From NCBI GenBank assembly GCA_903937035.1, contig CAIZXS010000005.1, positions 62,746 to 126,745 of the forward strand: a stretch of 64,000 nt of DNA, in the 5' to 3' direction. The translations under genes and the position numbers were made by a program. Positions 44,322 through 53,538 of the stretch are shown here, in pieces; position 1 is the stretch's first letter, and the number at the start of each line of letters is the position of its first letter. This DNA comes from an uncultured bacterium (GTDB lineage Bacteria; Patescibacteriota; Minisyncoccia; Moranbacterales; UBA2206). A model generated the notes under the pieces. It saw only the letters and a program-made list of their open reading frames with translations. It searched no databases and had not been told where the DNA came from.

Positions 44322-45524
44322 ATGTTTTCAAGAAAATTAGAATCCATTTCGCCGGAAGAGAGAAAAGAAATAAAAGAAAAAATAAAAAAAGAAACAGATG
44401 ATATGTTGGCAGGATTAAATGAACATGGTGCTATTATTGATATTAAGCTGGCAATGTCAAAACAGGCGATAAAAGATTCCAGAAAACGGGCCGATATTCA
44501 GAGAAAGATAAAAGAAATGGAAAATATTGGTCAACCAAATGAAAACGAACTGGAAGAAGCCATGGGAAAAGCAGAAGTTCTAGTCAGAAAAGAGGAACGG
44601 CTTAATTTTATTTTTCAAAAATATGAAGAATTGATTAGTTTGGCAAATAGAGGTGATCAGGCGCTAAGAAGAACTATCTTGAAAGATGGGCAAAAGAGCG
44701 TTCCTGCTCGTTTATCAGTGGTTGTTTTGGAAAAAATAAAAAAAGATTTTCAGTTTTTTCTTCCCTTCAAACAGGAGAACTTTTTTTTGAAAAAAGTGAA
44801 AAAGTTTTTTTCTGAAGCTAAGCTAGAAAACTCGAAAGAATTCAGCGAGCAGGAATTGGATGAATTGATTAAACAAATAAAGAAAAAAGAAACAGAGATA
44901 GAGCTTATTTCCGCCTTGCTCACCGCGACCAAAAAAGCCGGGGCGGAGCAGAATGTTTCGGGGATAAAAGGCGTGGAGTTGGAAGTTGTTGATGGAAAAA
45001 AATTGGCAGAAAATGAGCCGTTAGCGGAAAAATTAACAGTGATGTATCGTGCGAATAATTCGCATAAATCAGAAAAAGATCTGGAAAGATTGCTGGGTGA
45101 TTTTGAAAAACATAAGCAATATGAGCCAAAATTTAATTTAATTTATTTTGACAGGGAAAATAAAACTAATCCAAAAAAGTCTTTGGAAAATTTAGTCGGT
45201 TTTATGCGTTCATCCGGCTGCATTACAAAATTTGAAGAGCAGCCGCTCGTTGAATTGCCGGAAGGCGAGCGCTATCTCGGCGCGATGAATATTGACCCGA
45301 TTTTGCAAAAATTCTATTTCGGGGAAAACTTTTTGCGTGAGATTATGGAAAAAGAATTTTCCAGCGGTACGAAAAAACTGATCGCGCATGTGCCGGAAAA
45401 TGGACCGTCACATAAAATTGTTAAACTGCTGGGTTTTGAGACTGTGGCCGAAGAAGGGGATTATCGGGATGATGCCGGCGATATTATCGCGAAGAGATTG
45501 CGGGTGGAGTTGGCGAGAGACTGA
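44322..45524 (+). CDS. Coiled-coil hypothetical protein with a probable C-terminal GNAT-like domain
   Basis: Lys/Glu-rich helical N-terminus; LVGFMR...YLGAMNIDP..Q....GE......L.AHV......KLLGF. Start likely at the ATG at 44322. Confidence 0.6.
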   Translation: MFSRKLESISPEERKEIKEKIKKETDDMLAGLNEHGAIIDIKLAMSKQAIKDSRKRADIQRKIKEMENIGQPNENELEEAMGKAEVLVRKEERLNFIFQKYEELISLANRGDQALRRTILKDGQKSVPARLSVVVLEKIKKDFQFFLPFKQENFFLKKVKKFFSEAKLENSKEFSEQELDELIKQIKKKETEIELISALLTATKKAGAEQNVSGIKGVELEVVDGKKLAENEPLAEKLTVMYRANNSHKSEKDLERLLGDFEKHKQYEPKFNLIYFDRENKTNPKKSLENLVGFMRSSGCITKFEEQPLVELPEGERYLGAMNIDPILQKFYFGENFLREIMEKEFSSGTKKLIAHVPENGPSHKIVKLLGFETVAEEGDYRDDAGDIIAKRLRVELARD

Positions 45525-45677
45525 AATCAGTTTTATTTTATGTGAAATTCCTTTACTGGCCCTTTGTGCGTCCCCTCTCAGGGATGGAGGCTGATATGCA
45601 TGGAAATTATTAAGCCAGGGTATTTGCGTGCAATTTTTCTTTGTCTCATATATAATGCAAAATATGAAGCTAAAAAT

Positions 45678-46259
45678 ATGATTGGAAAAATCAGAGGAAA
45701 AATTGAATCAATCAAAGAAAGTTATGTCATTATTGATGTGCATGATATTGGCTATAAGGTTCAGATGAATAGCTATTCTTTGGCGAAAATTGCTGGCACT
45801 GAAGTGGTGGAGCTTTTCATCTACACGCATGTGCGTGAAGACGTGCTGGCGCTTTATGGCTTTATTACCGAAGAGGAGCAAGAGATGTTTGAGCTTTTGA
45901 TTTCGATTTCTGGTATCGGCCCAAAGGCGGCTTCGAGCATCTTGGCGATCGCCAGTCCAAAAACGATCAAAGCTGCTATTGTTAATGAGGATCCGTCAAT
46001 TTTGACTAAAGTTTCCGGTATCGGCAAGAAAACGGCTGGTCGGGTGATTTTGGAATTGAAAAATAAAGTGGGAACGATTTCGCAGGATGATCAAGATGAA
46101 ACGACGGGTGATTCTAATGCAATTGAGGCTTTGATGGCAATGGGGTATAGTGCCTATGAAGCGCGCGAAGCTTTGAAAGTTGTTCCGGCGGATGTTCAGG
46201 ATATTGGAAAGCGAGTGGGCATGGCACTAAAAAACATTGGTAAGAATAGAAAAAATTAA
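45678..46259 (+). CDS. ruvA: Holliday junction DNA-binding protein RuvA
   Basis: MIG.IRG, DV..IGY.V, THVRED..ALYGF, LISISGIGPK.A, VSGIGKKTA.R.ILELK.K, AL.AMGY. Start moved to 45678. Confidence 0.97.
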   Translation: MIGKIRGKIESIKESYVIIDVHDIGYKVQMNSYSLAKIAGTEVVELFIYTHVREDVLALYGFITEEEQEMFELLISISGIGPKAASSILAIASPKTIKAAIVNEDPSILTKVSGIGKKTAGRVILELKNKVGTISQDDQDETTGDSNAIEALMAMGYSAYEAREALKVVPADVQDIGKRVGMALKNIGKNRKN

Positions 46260-46277
46260 TTTGTTAATATTAATAAA

Positions 46278-46817
46278 ATGAACAAGCAAAAAATTGCTAT
46301 TGGCGCGGTAACTTTTATTGCAATGCTGGTAATTTCTGGTTGCGGACCAGATTTGGGGAAAACAATCATAGAAAAAACGATTGAATCGCAAACAGGCGGA
46401 AAGGTGAGTATTGACTCTGATAAGGGTGAGGTAAATATTAAGTCAGATCAGGGAGATTTGAGTGTGTCTGGAAATGGAACAGCTTCATTGAACAAGGATT
46501 TTCCCAAAGATATCTATATTGCTCCAGATGCTAAAGTAATAATGTCGCTTGCAAATGGCGAGAATAAAAGCTATTCAGTTGTCTATACTACAGCTATGAA
46601 ATCAGATGAAATTTATGTGAAGTATAAAGAAGAACTAATGGCAAAAGGCTGGACAACTGATCCGCAAACAGAGATTGTTTTCCAGGATTCTAAGACAATG
46701 CAATATAAAAATGGAGCAAAGAGGTTGACTCTAATCATGGGGCTTAGCCAGGAGTCACAATTTGAAGGCAGGACGCATGTGCAGGTGATTGGTGCGGAAG
46801 ATCAGTCGGGAAATTAG
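46278..46817 (+). CDS. Putative lipoprotein
   Basis: Lipobox-like ISGC after a hydrophobic N-terminus; FP.DI...P...Y...L...GW. Confidence 0.7.
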   Translation: MNKQKIAIGAVTFIAMLVISGCGPDLGKTIIEKTIESQTGGKVSIDSDKGEVNIKSDQGDLSVSGNGTASLNKDFPKDIYIAPDAKVIMSLANGENKSYSVVYTTAMKSDEIYVKYKEELMAKGWTTDPQTEIVFQDSKTMQYKNGAKRLTLIMGLSQESQFEGRTHVQVIGAEDQSGN

Positions 46818-46835
46818 TTTTTAGTTTTTTGTAGT

Positions 46836-47816
46836 ATGGAAGAGGAAAAAAAGGCAAAATCAGTGCAAGAAAATTCTCCCTCAGGAGAATTTTTGCAGTC
46901 GAACGAATGGCTGATGTTTCAGGAAAGTGTTGGGCGAAAAACTTTCAATCTTGCTGGCAAGAATTTTTCGGCGAACATCATTGAGCACAGGCTTCCAATA
47001 GCTGGAAAGTATCTATATATTCCTAAAGGGCCAATCTTTTCATGTAACATGCAGCATATAACATGTAGCATTGATGAATTAATAAAGCTTGCAAAAGAAA
47101 ATAAGGCGGGGTGGATTCGGATTGAGCTGGAGACAGAAGAAATTTTGGAAATAGTTAGGAAAAATATAGACTATAAAATTGTCAAAGCCCCGCATGATGT
47201 GCAGCCGAAAGAAATTTTTGTCATAGATATTTCTAAGAGCGAAGATGAATTATTGGCTGAAATGAAGCCCAAAACACGATATAATGTGAAGTTGGCGGAG
47301 AAGAGGGGTGTGATAGTGAGCAGTGGCCAGCGAACAGTGACCAGCAAAAATGTTGATGAATTTTTGAGACTTACGCAAGTAATGGCGAAGAGACAGGGGA
47401 TTGTTGCGCATCCGGCAGAGTATTATCGCAAAATGATTGAAAATATTTCTGGTGACATCTTGAAACTATATGTTGCGGAATATGAAGGAAGAGTTATTGC
47501 GGCTAATCTCGTTGTGTTTTTTGGTGAAGCTTGTGTTTATCTTCACGGTGCGTCGGATGATGATTATAGGAACGTCATGGCGCCCTACCTTTTGCAGTGG
47601 CAGCAAATTCAAGACGCGAAAGAGGCGGGTTGTGTGAGATATGATTTCGGGGGAGTTTCCGCGATCAATTGGCAGGGGATTACTAAATTTAAACTTGGCT
47701 TTTCGCCAAAAACAATGCCAACTATTTTCCCTGGTAGTTACGATATCGTTATTAGTATGACAAAATATCGATTATATCGAAGTATCCAGAGATTAAGGCG
47801 TCTGCGCAGGGACTGA
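46836..47816 (+). CDS. FemABX-family peptidoglycan bridge aminoacyltransferase
   Basis: FLQS.EW..F, YIPKGP, DELLA.MK.KTRYN..LAEK.GV, YLHGAS....N.MAPYLLQW..I..AK..G...YDFGG, GITKFK.GF. Confidence 0.93.
   Translation: MEEEKKAKSVQENSPSGEFLQSNEWLMFQESVGRKTFNLAGKNFSANIIEHRLPIAGKYLYIPKGPIFSCNMQHITCSIDELIKLAKENKAGWIRIELETEEILEIVRKNIDYKIVKAPHDVQPKEIFVIDISKSEDELLAEMKPKTRYNVKLAEKRGVIVSSGQRTVTSKNVDEFLRLTQVMAKRQGIVAHPAEYYRKMIENISGDILKLYVAEYEGRVIAANLVVFFGEACVYLHGASDDDYRNVMAPYLLQWQQIQDAKEAGCVRYDFGGVSAINWQGITKFKLGFSPKTMPTIFPGSYDIVISMTKYRLYRSIQRLRRLRRD
47041..47071. repeat. Heptamer tandem repeat (CATRYAR)n inside the FemAB gene
   Basis: catgtaa-catgcag-catataa-catgtag-cat. Confidence 0.7.
47314..47348. 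repeat. Heptamer tandem repeat (approximately CAGYGRM)n inside the FemAB gene
   Basis: tagtgag-cagtggc-cagcgaa-cagtgac-cagcaaa. Confidence 0.6.
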
Positions 47817-47965
47817 TATTTTCAGGCGTGTTGCCTTTTTGTCTAAGAGCAGAACTTTCTTGTTAGCTGGTGCTTTACAATTTTCATAAATACTATACAA
47901 TTTATATAGTAGTAGGTTTAGTGAAGACTTTGGTCTATTTAAAAAAAGTTTAAAATAAAAAAAAT

Positions 47966-48610
47966 ATGAAAAAGACGATTAAGATGACGTTGGCGAGTAG
48001 TGTGGTGCTAATGCTACTTTTTGTTATTCTTGAGCCACAACTAACAAAAGCCGTTAGTGATTCCGTTACTGTTTCTCAATCAGTTACCGCCGAGATCACC
48101 ATTTCTTCTCCGTCTGACGTGACAATGTCAAGTATTGCTGGTATCACTGGCGGAACCGGAACAGGGTCGGCCATTTGGAACGTCAAGACTAATAATTCCA
48201 CAGGATTTAATATGGCATTGAAGGCTGGCGCGGCCCCAGCACTTGCTAGCGGTGGAAATAATTTTGCTGATTACGGGGAGGCCACTCCCGATACACCTGA
48301 TTATACTTGGTCGATTGCAGCCACTGATTCAGAATTTGGTTATACGGTTGAACCAGCAACAGCTGGTGACGCTACAGTGATGTTCCGGGATAATGGGACA
48401 ACGACTTGTGGAACAGGAGCTAATCAGACTGCTGACAAATGTTGGATCAAGTTTAAGACAACTGATGTAATTGGGATTAACCGGTCTAGCGTAACAACTG
48501 CAGCTGGAGAAGACGAGGTGGTGAAATTCCAAGCTCAATCTGGCGCATCGCACTTTCAACCACAAGGAACATATACAGCTACCATTACCGCGACTGCCTT
48601 GGTTAACTAA
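47966..48610 (+). CDS. Secreted WxL/pilin-like surface subunit
   Basis: Signal peptide; Thr/Ser/Ala-rich beta protein ending GTYTATITATALVN. Confidence 0.7.
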   Translation: MKKTIKMTLASSVVLMLLFVILEPQLTKAVSDSVTVSQSVTAEITISSPSDVTMSSIAGITGGTGTGSAIWNVKTNNSTGFNMALKAGAAPALASGGNNFADYGEATPDTPDYTWSIAATDSEFGYTVEPATAGDATVMFRDNGTTTCGTGANQTADKCWIKFKTTDVIGINRSSVTTAAGEDEVVKFQAQSGASHFQPQGTYTATITATALVN

Positions 48611-48647
48611 GTAGATTTCAGATGCAGGGGGTCGGTCTAATATATCT

Positions 48648-49622
48648 ATGAAAAAACTATTACTTTTCTTTTTTGCGATTTGTCTTTTTAGCAAAATTGG
48701 GGCTGCCCCAGTTTTTGCTTATAAAATAGAAGCTTTGGACGACTCTGAGACTAAGGGTGATTTTGTTTTGGGACCAGGTAAGACGGAGCTTTTTATGAAT
48801 CCGGGAGAGACCTATACAAAGGAGCTGATGATAACCAATCGTCTAGGTCGTACGATGGAGTTTGGTGTAATCGTTGAGGATTTTAAGGGTTCGAAAAATC
48901 CAGAAGAGAGTGTAAATCTTTTGGGTGATGAGCGAGGACCATTTTCTTTGCGCGACTATATTAAACCGGAAATTACCAAATTCACATTGAAAAATAATGA
49001 AAGGATTCTTTTGCCGACAGTCATTGCGATTCCGGCTGGTTCTGAACCGGGTGGTCTCTACGCATCTGTTTTAGTGGTCACCAATCCATCGGAAGAGGAA
49101 TTGAAAAAAGAGGATGAGAATAAAGGAAAAACAAAACTTATTTCTCGCTTGGGCACGCTATTTTTTGTGCGCGTAAAGGGTACTGCTAAGGAAGAGGGAG
49201 TTCTCAAGAGTTTTAATGTTAAAGATAATAAGCTTTTTTTTGAAAAAGCACCAGTATCCTTGGAAGTTCTTTTTGAAAATACTGGCAGTGTTCATTTGAT
49301 GCCTTATGGCTCGATTGAGATCAAAAATATTTTGGGTCAAAAAATTGATGAGATTAATGTTGATCCATGGTTTATTATGCCCGGGTCAATGCGGTCACGA
49401 GTGATTGAGTGGAGCGGGAAGAAACTATTATTTGGTAGATATACAGCTGAATTGGTTGAAAATAGAGGGTATGGGGATATTTTAGATAAAAAATCAATTA
49501 GCTTTTGGATTATTCCTTGGAAAGTTGTTTTAGCTATACTTTTCTTTTTATTCCTACTTAGCTGGTTTTTTCGCTGGGTGGGACGTCAATTTCATTTTGA
49601 AGTCAAGAGAAAGAAAAAATAA
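48648..49622 (+). CDS. DUF916/WxL-interacting-like membrane-anchored protein
   Basis: Signal peptide; PG......L.ITN, IAIP..SEPGG.Y..VLV, FENTG.VHL.P.G.I.I.N..G; C-terminal TM plus basic tail. Confidence 0.7.
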   Translation: MKKLLLFFFAICLFSKIGAAPVFAYKIEALDDSETKGDFVLGPGKTELFMNPGETYTKELMITNRLGRTMEFGVIVEDFKGSKNPEESVNLLGDERGPFSLRDYIKPEITKFTLKNNERILLPTVIAIPAGSEPGGLYASVLVVTNPSEEELKKEDENKGKTKLISRLGTLFFVRVKGTAKEEGVLKSFNVKDNKLFFEKAPVSLEVLFENTGSVHLMPYGSIEIKNILGQKIDEINVDPWFIMPGSMRSRVIEWSGKKLLFGRYTAELVENRGYGDILDKKSISFWIIPWKVVLAILFFLFLLSWFFRWVGRQFHFEVKRKKK

Positions 49623-49639
49623 ATAAAAAAACCTATTCA

Positions 49640-50344
49640 ATGAAGTATTATATTGCCGTTTTCTTTTTAGTGTTATTTGCTTTTGGCGCTCCCTGTTTTT
49701 CATTGGCTGGAATGAGCAGTCAAAATTTTTCCATCCAAGCTGATGCGATTGATGTTGGAGGTACGCGTTCTTCATCTGGGGGAGTTTCTTTGAATGATTC
49801 GCTCGATGAGCTGGCAACGGGAGAATCAAGGAGTCTTTCTTTTATGGCGGATATCGGTTTTTGGCCAATGGTGGGCAATGATGAGGTTATCTCTTTCACC
49901 GTGACAGACGCGATAGCTAGCTTGGGAACACTTAGTCATTCGGCAGTGAGATATGACACAGCTACTTTCCGCGCTGCAACAACAGCCAAGGGCGGTTATT
50001 CTATCCAGTTTTTTGGGGTACCATTAACTTCTGGGGGTAATTTGATTAGTGCGCTGAGCACACCAACGCCTTCTGCGACTGACACGGAACAGTTTGGGTT
50101 TAACTTAGTGGCCAATAATTCCCCAGCGGTGGGCGTTGACCCTGTGGGTGGATCAGGTCAAGCTGCAGTTGGCTATAATACGCCAGATAGCTTCAAGTTT
50201 GTCTCTGGTGAAACAATTGCTCAAGCAGCTTTGCCCTCTAACTTTACCAACTACACAATGTCAATCATCAGTAACATTACAGGAATAACTGACGCGGGAA
50301 ATTATGCCACAAACCTAACCGTTGTTGTGACAGGAAGGTATTAG
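49640..50344 (+). CDS. Secreted WxL/pilin-like subunit
   Basis: Signal peptide; MSSQNFSIQ.D module; EQFGFNL; ends AGNYATNLTVVVTGRY. Confidence 0.7.
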   Translation: MKYYIAVFFLVLFAFGAPCFSLAGMSSQNFSIQADAIDVGGTRSSSGGVSLNDSLDELATGESRSLSFMADIGFWPMVGNDEVISFTVTDAIASLGTLSHSAVRYDTATFRAATTAKGGYSIQFFGVPLTSGGNLISALSTPTPSATDTEQFGFNLVANNSPAVGVDPVGGSGQAAVGYNTPDSFKFVSGETIAQAALPSNFTNYTMSIISNITGITDAGNYATNLTVVVTGRY

Positions 50345-50436
50345 TTGATTTTGAAAAAAATAGCTTTACTCTTTTATTATTTTTGGTATAATAAAATAGA
50401 TGGAGAAAATATAAATAATATATTAGTAAAAACAAA

Positions 50437-51522
50437 ATGCAACAAAAAAAAGGATTCATTGTTGGCTTGGGGGTTATGGTGCTTATTACGCTTGGAGTGT
50501 TTATTCTGAAAGCTCAAGCCGCATCACTTACAACAGCAAGAGTTTATCTTAATCGAAATGCAGAAAATCTCACCACAGGCGTGGCACACGAAATCCAATT
50601 TACCCCAGCGACAGCTGTCTCTGGTGGGGCGGGAGTGAATAAAGTAATTTTGGTTTTTCCAGATGCTGATGATGGTAAGTGGTGTGCCACTGCGGGAGCA
50701 CTTGTTGTCACGACTACAGGACTAAAAGATACAGCTACTGCGCTTCCTGGCACTCCGACAGCTGCTTGCGTAAAAGGAGTGGGCGCTGCCAGCTACGACA
50801 CTATCACAATCAGCGCCGTTGATGATTTATCCGCTGCAACACTTTATGGTGTAAAACTGACAGATACTGGAGTGGGAAAACTCGGTACGCCGGCTAATAC
50901 AACATCAGGCATCATCACGATGAAAACCAATAACAATACGATTGACATTGATAGTACTAATTTTGTTATTGACATTCTTGCTAGCGATCAAATTTCTATC
51001 TCAGGTGTGGTTGACCCAACTTTGACTTTTTCTATTTCAGATAGCTCAATTGGTTTTGGAACAATTACTTCAGCTGCTGTGAGATATGTCACAGCAGATT
51101 TGCTGGGTAGCGCGACTGAAGCGACCAACGGGTTGCCATCGACAGTAACTGTTTCAACTAATGGTACTGGTGGTGTTGTAGTAGAAATCAAGGATACTAA
51201 TGCTAATTCAGCTTCTGGTCTCTATAGCAATGCTGGATCAGGAAAGACGATCGCTTCTGCTGCTAGTACTGCTGTTACCTTAGGGAATGAAGGTTTCGGA
51301 GTATATGGAAAAAATTCCAGCAACATTACGCTCAGCGAAGCGTTTGACAATGACAGCACCGCTGATCTGGCAATTAGCACAACTTTTCAAACTATTGCTT
51401 CAACAGCTGGTCCTGTTAGTTCCGGCTCATTTGATATCTCAGCCAAGGCTGGCGTGTCCGGTTCGACTCCTGCTGGTAGCTATGCCGATACGCTGACAGT
51501 TGTTGCAACAGGAAAATTCTAA
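50437..51522 (+). CDS. Secreted WxL/pilin-like subunit (two-domain)
   Basis: Signal peptide; V.PTLTFSI, V.TN.TGG, EGFG; ends TPAGSYADTLTVVATGKF. Confidence 0.7.
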   Translation: MQQKKGFIVGLGVMVLITLGVFILKAQAASLTTARVYLNRNAENLTTGVAHEIQFTPATAVSGGAGVNKVILVFPDADDGKWCATAGALVVTTTGLKDTATALPGTPTAACVKGVGAASYDTITISAVDDLSAATLYGVKLTDTGVGKLGTPANTTSGIITMKTNNNTIDIDSTNFVIDILASDQISISGVVDPTLTFSISDSSIGFGTITSAAVRYVTADLLGSATEATNGLPSTVTVSTNGTGGVVVEIKDTNANSASGLYSNAGSGKTIASAASTAVTLGNEGFGVYGKNSSNITLSEAFDNDSTADLAISTTFQTIASTAGPVSSGSFDISAKAGVSGSTPAGSYADTLTVVATGKF

Positions 51523-51545
51523 ATTAATCCTTACTCTTAAATCAA

Positions 51546-52535
51546 ATGACTGCGAAAAATAAATTTCTTGCTTTTCTTAGAATCGGTGCATTTCTTTACT
51601 TTATTTTTCTGGGAAAAGGAGCATTTGCTCTCACAATTTCTCCTCCAGTGAGGGAGATGACAGGGGACCCAGGAACAAAAATCAGTGGGATTATAAAGCT
51701 TTACAATGAAACCAATAAGGACCTTTCCGTTACTCCTTCGCAGTCAGACTTTGGCGCCAAGGAAACTGGTGACGGCGAGCCAGAATTTTTTGAGTTGAGC
51801 GGAGAAAAATCAAAAGATTTAGCCAGTTGGATTAAGGTTCCCGCTGGTCCTTTTGCAGTTAGATCGCTTGATTGGCAAAATATTATTTTTGAAATTGATA
51901 TCCCAAAAGATGCTGAGCCCGGAGGTCACTATGCTGCAGTTTTCTTCAGTCCGCAGCAATCAGAGAAAGACAATAATGGATCAGTTAGTGTTGACTATAG
52001 AACTGGGACATTGATTCTTCTCACGGTTTCGGGAAAAATGAATGAAAGTGGAAATTTGAAAAGTTTCTCTCTGAAAGATGGCAAAAAATTCTATGATCAC
52101 ATTCCGGTTAATTTTGAATTGAATGTTGAAAACAAGGGCAATGTTCATTTTAAACCAGCGGGAAATATCATTGTTAAAAGTATGTTTGGCGGAAATATCG
52201 CTGAGCTGCCAGTCTTGAAGGTTGATTCTGGTGGAAATGTTTTGCCCAGAAGCAGCCGTCGATTTGAGATTGTTTGGGGTGATTCGGATGAAAAGAAAAT
52301 GCCTAAAACTTTTTGGGAAAAGGCTAGATATGAATGGGCTAATTTTTATGTCGGAAGATATAGTGCGCTTGCGAGTGTGACGCTTCCTGGAAGCGGTCAG
52401 GTGACTTCCAATGTTTCATTCTGGGTTTTTCCTTGGCAGTTGCTTATTGTGCTGGCCATTGGACTGGTTGTGTTATTGTTTGCGTTTAGAACGTATAACC
52501 GTTGGATTATCAAAAAAGCCAGAGAGAAAAAATAA
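51546..52535 (+). CDS. DUF916/WxL-interacting-like membrane-anchored protein
   Basis: ALTISPP..E...DPG, LASWI, IPKDAEPGGHYAAVFF, ENKGNVHFKP.G, GNVLP.S.R.F, FWVFPW plus TM and basic tail. Confidence 0.75.
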   Translation: MTAKNKFLAFLRIGAFLYFIFLGKGAFALTISPPVREMTGDPGTKISGIIKLYNETNKDLSVTPSQSDFGAKETGDGEPEFFELSGEKSKDLASWIKVPAGPFAVRSLDWQNIIFEIDIPKDAEPGGHYAAVFFSPQQSEKDNNGSVSVDYRTGTLILLTVSGKMNESGNLKSFSLKDGKKFYDHIPVNFELNVENKGNVHFKPAGNIIVKSMFGGNIAELPVLKVDSGGNVLPRSSRRFEIVWGDSDEKKMPKTFWEKARYEWANFYVGRYSALASVTLPGSGQVTSNVSFWVFPWQLLIVLAIGLVVLLFAFRTYNRWIIKKAREKK

Positions 52536-52581
52536 AAAAGTATTAAGGATTTCTATTTATATAAAAAATAACCCCCCCTAT

Positions 52582-52720
52582 TGTCATTCTGAGCGTAGCG
52601 CAGCGAAGTCGAAGAATCTGCTATGAGTTATTCTAATCCTTGCTATATTATAGAAAGCTTATGGTAGTGGATGGCAGATCCTTCGACTGCGTCCGAGTAC
52701 GGACTTCGCTCAGGATGACA
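52582..52720. repeat. Dispersed palindromic element, family A, copy 3
   Basis: TGTCATTCTGAGCGTAGCGCAGCGAAGTCGAAGAATCTG ... CAGATCCTTCGACTGCGTCCGAGTACGGACTTCGCTCAGGATGACA. Confidence 0.85.
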
Positions 52721-52731
52721 TTTTTATTTAA

Positions 52732-53514
52732 ATGCGCAAGTCCTTTTTTCAAAAGTTCGCTATGAAAATTTATTTTGCTCTATTTATTCTTTTCTTTGGT
52801 CTTGGGACTGCCTCGGTTTTTGCTGCAATGAGCAGTCCAAATTTTTCTATTCAAAGTGATGATGTTTCCGTGGCCGGTTCTCGTTCTGAATCGTCCAATT
52901 TTCGTGCTGAGGATACTTTGGGCGAGTTAGCTACCGGAGATTCATCTAGCGCTTCCTATCGCTTGCGATCGGGCTATCAAAGTATGCAAGAGGTGTATCT
53001 TGCACTAAGCGCTCCATCGGATGTGACGATGACCCCAACTATTCCTGGTGTGAGTGGTGGCTCTGGCAATGGTTCTGTTTTTTGGACTGTGACAACAGAT
53101 AATCTAGCAGGCTATTCTTTTTATGTTAGAGCAGGAGCAGCCCCAGCTCTCACTAAATTAGGTAACCCTGGCGTATTTTTTGATGACTATACTCCTGGCG
53201 CAGCTCCTGATTATGCCTGGCAAGTTGATTCGACAAAAGCCGAATTTGGCTTCACCCCGGAAGGGTCTGATATTGTGCAAAAATTTCGTGATAATGGATC
53301 ATCTTGCAACACAGGAACATTTGATACGCCAGATGCTTGTTGGTATAATTTTGTTGCATCTAACCCGGGCGAGCTGATTGCTCACTCAGCCGGTTCCAAT
53401 CATCCAACTGGCATTGCCACCACCGTCAAGGTGGAGGCTCAATCGAATTCTTCTCATTTGCAAGAGGCTGGGACCTATCAAGTAACAATCACCGTGACAG
53501 CATTGGCAAATTAA
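52732..53514 (+). CDS. Secreted WxL/pilin-like subunit
   Basis: MSSPNFSIQSD module like 49640, C-terminal domain like 47966; ends EAGTYQVTITVTALAN. Confidence 0.7.
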   Translation: MRKSFFQKFAMKIYFALFILFFGLGTASVFAAMSSPNFSIQSDDVSVAGSRSESSNFRAEDTLGELATGDSSSASYRLRSGYQSMQEVYLALSAPSDVTMTPTIPGVSGGSGNGSVFWTVTTDNLAGYSFYVRAGAAPALTKLGNPGVFFDDYTPGAAPDYAWQVDSTKAEFGFTPEGSDIVQKFRDNGSSCNTGTFDTPDACWYNFVASNPGELIAHSAGSNHPTGIATTVKVEAQSNSSHLQEAGTYQVTITVTALAN

Positions 53515-53538
53515 AAAAATATTAAATTAAAATTTGAT

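Noticed and set aside
45564-45677. N-terminal extensions on RuvA (likewise YebC 8669-8704, TrmB-3 41238-41279 and the 44208 ORF)
   Set aside because: Longest-ORF artefacts. Family-typical starts lie downstream, and the extensions cover promoter, repeat or terminator sequence.
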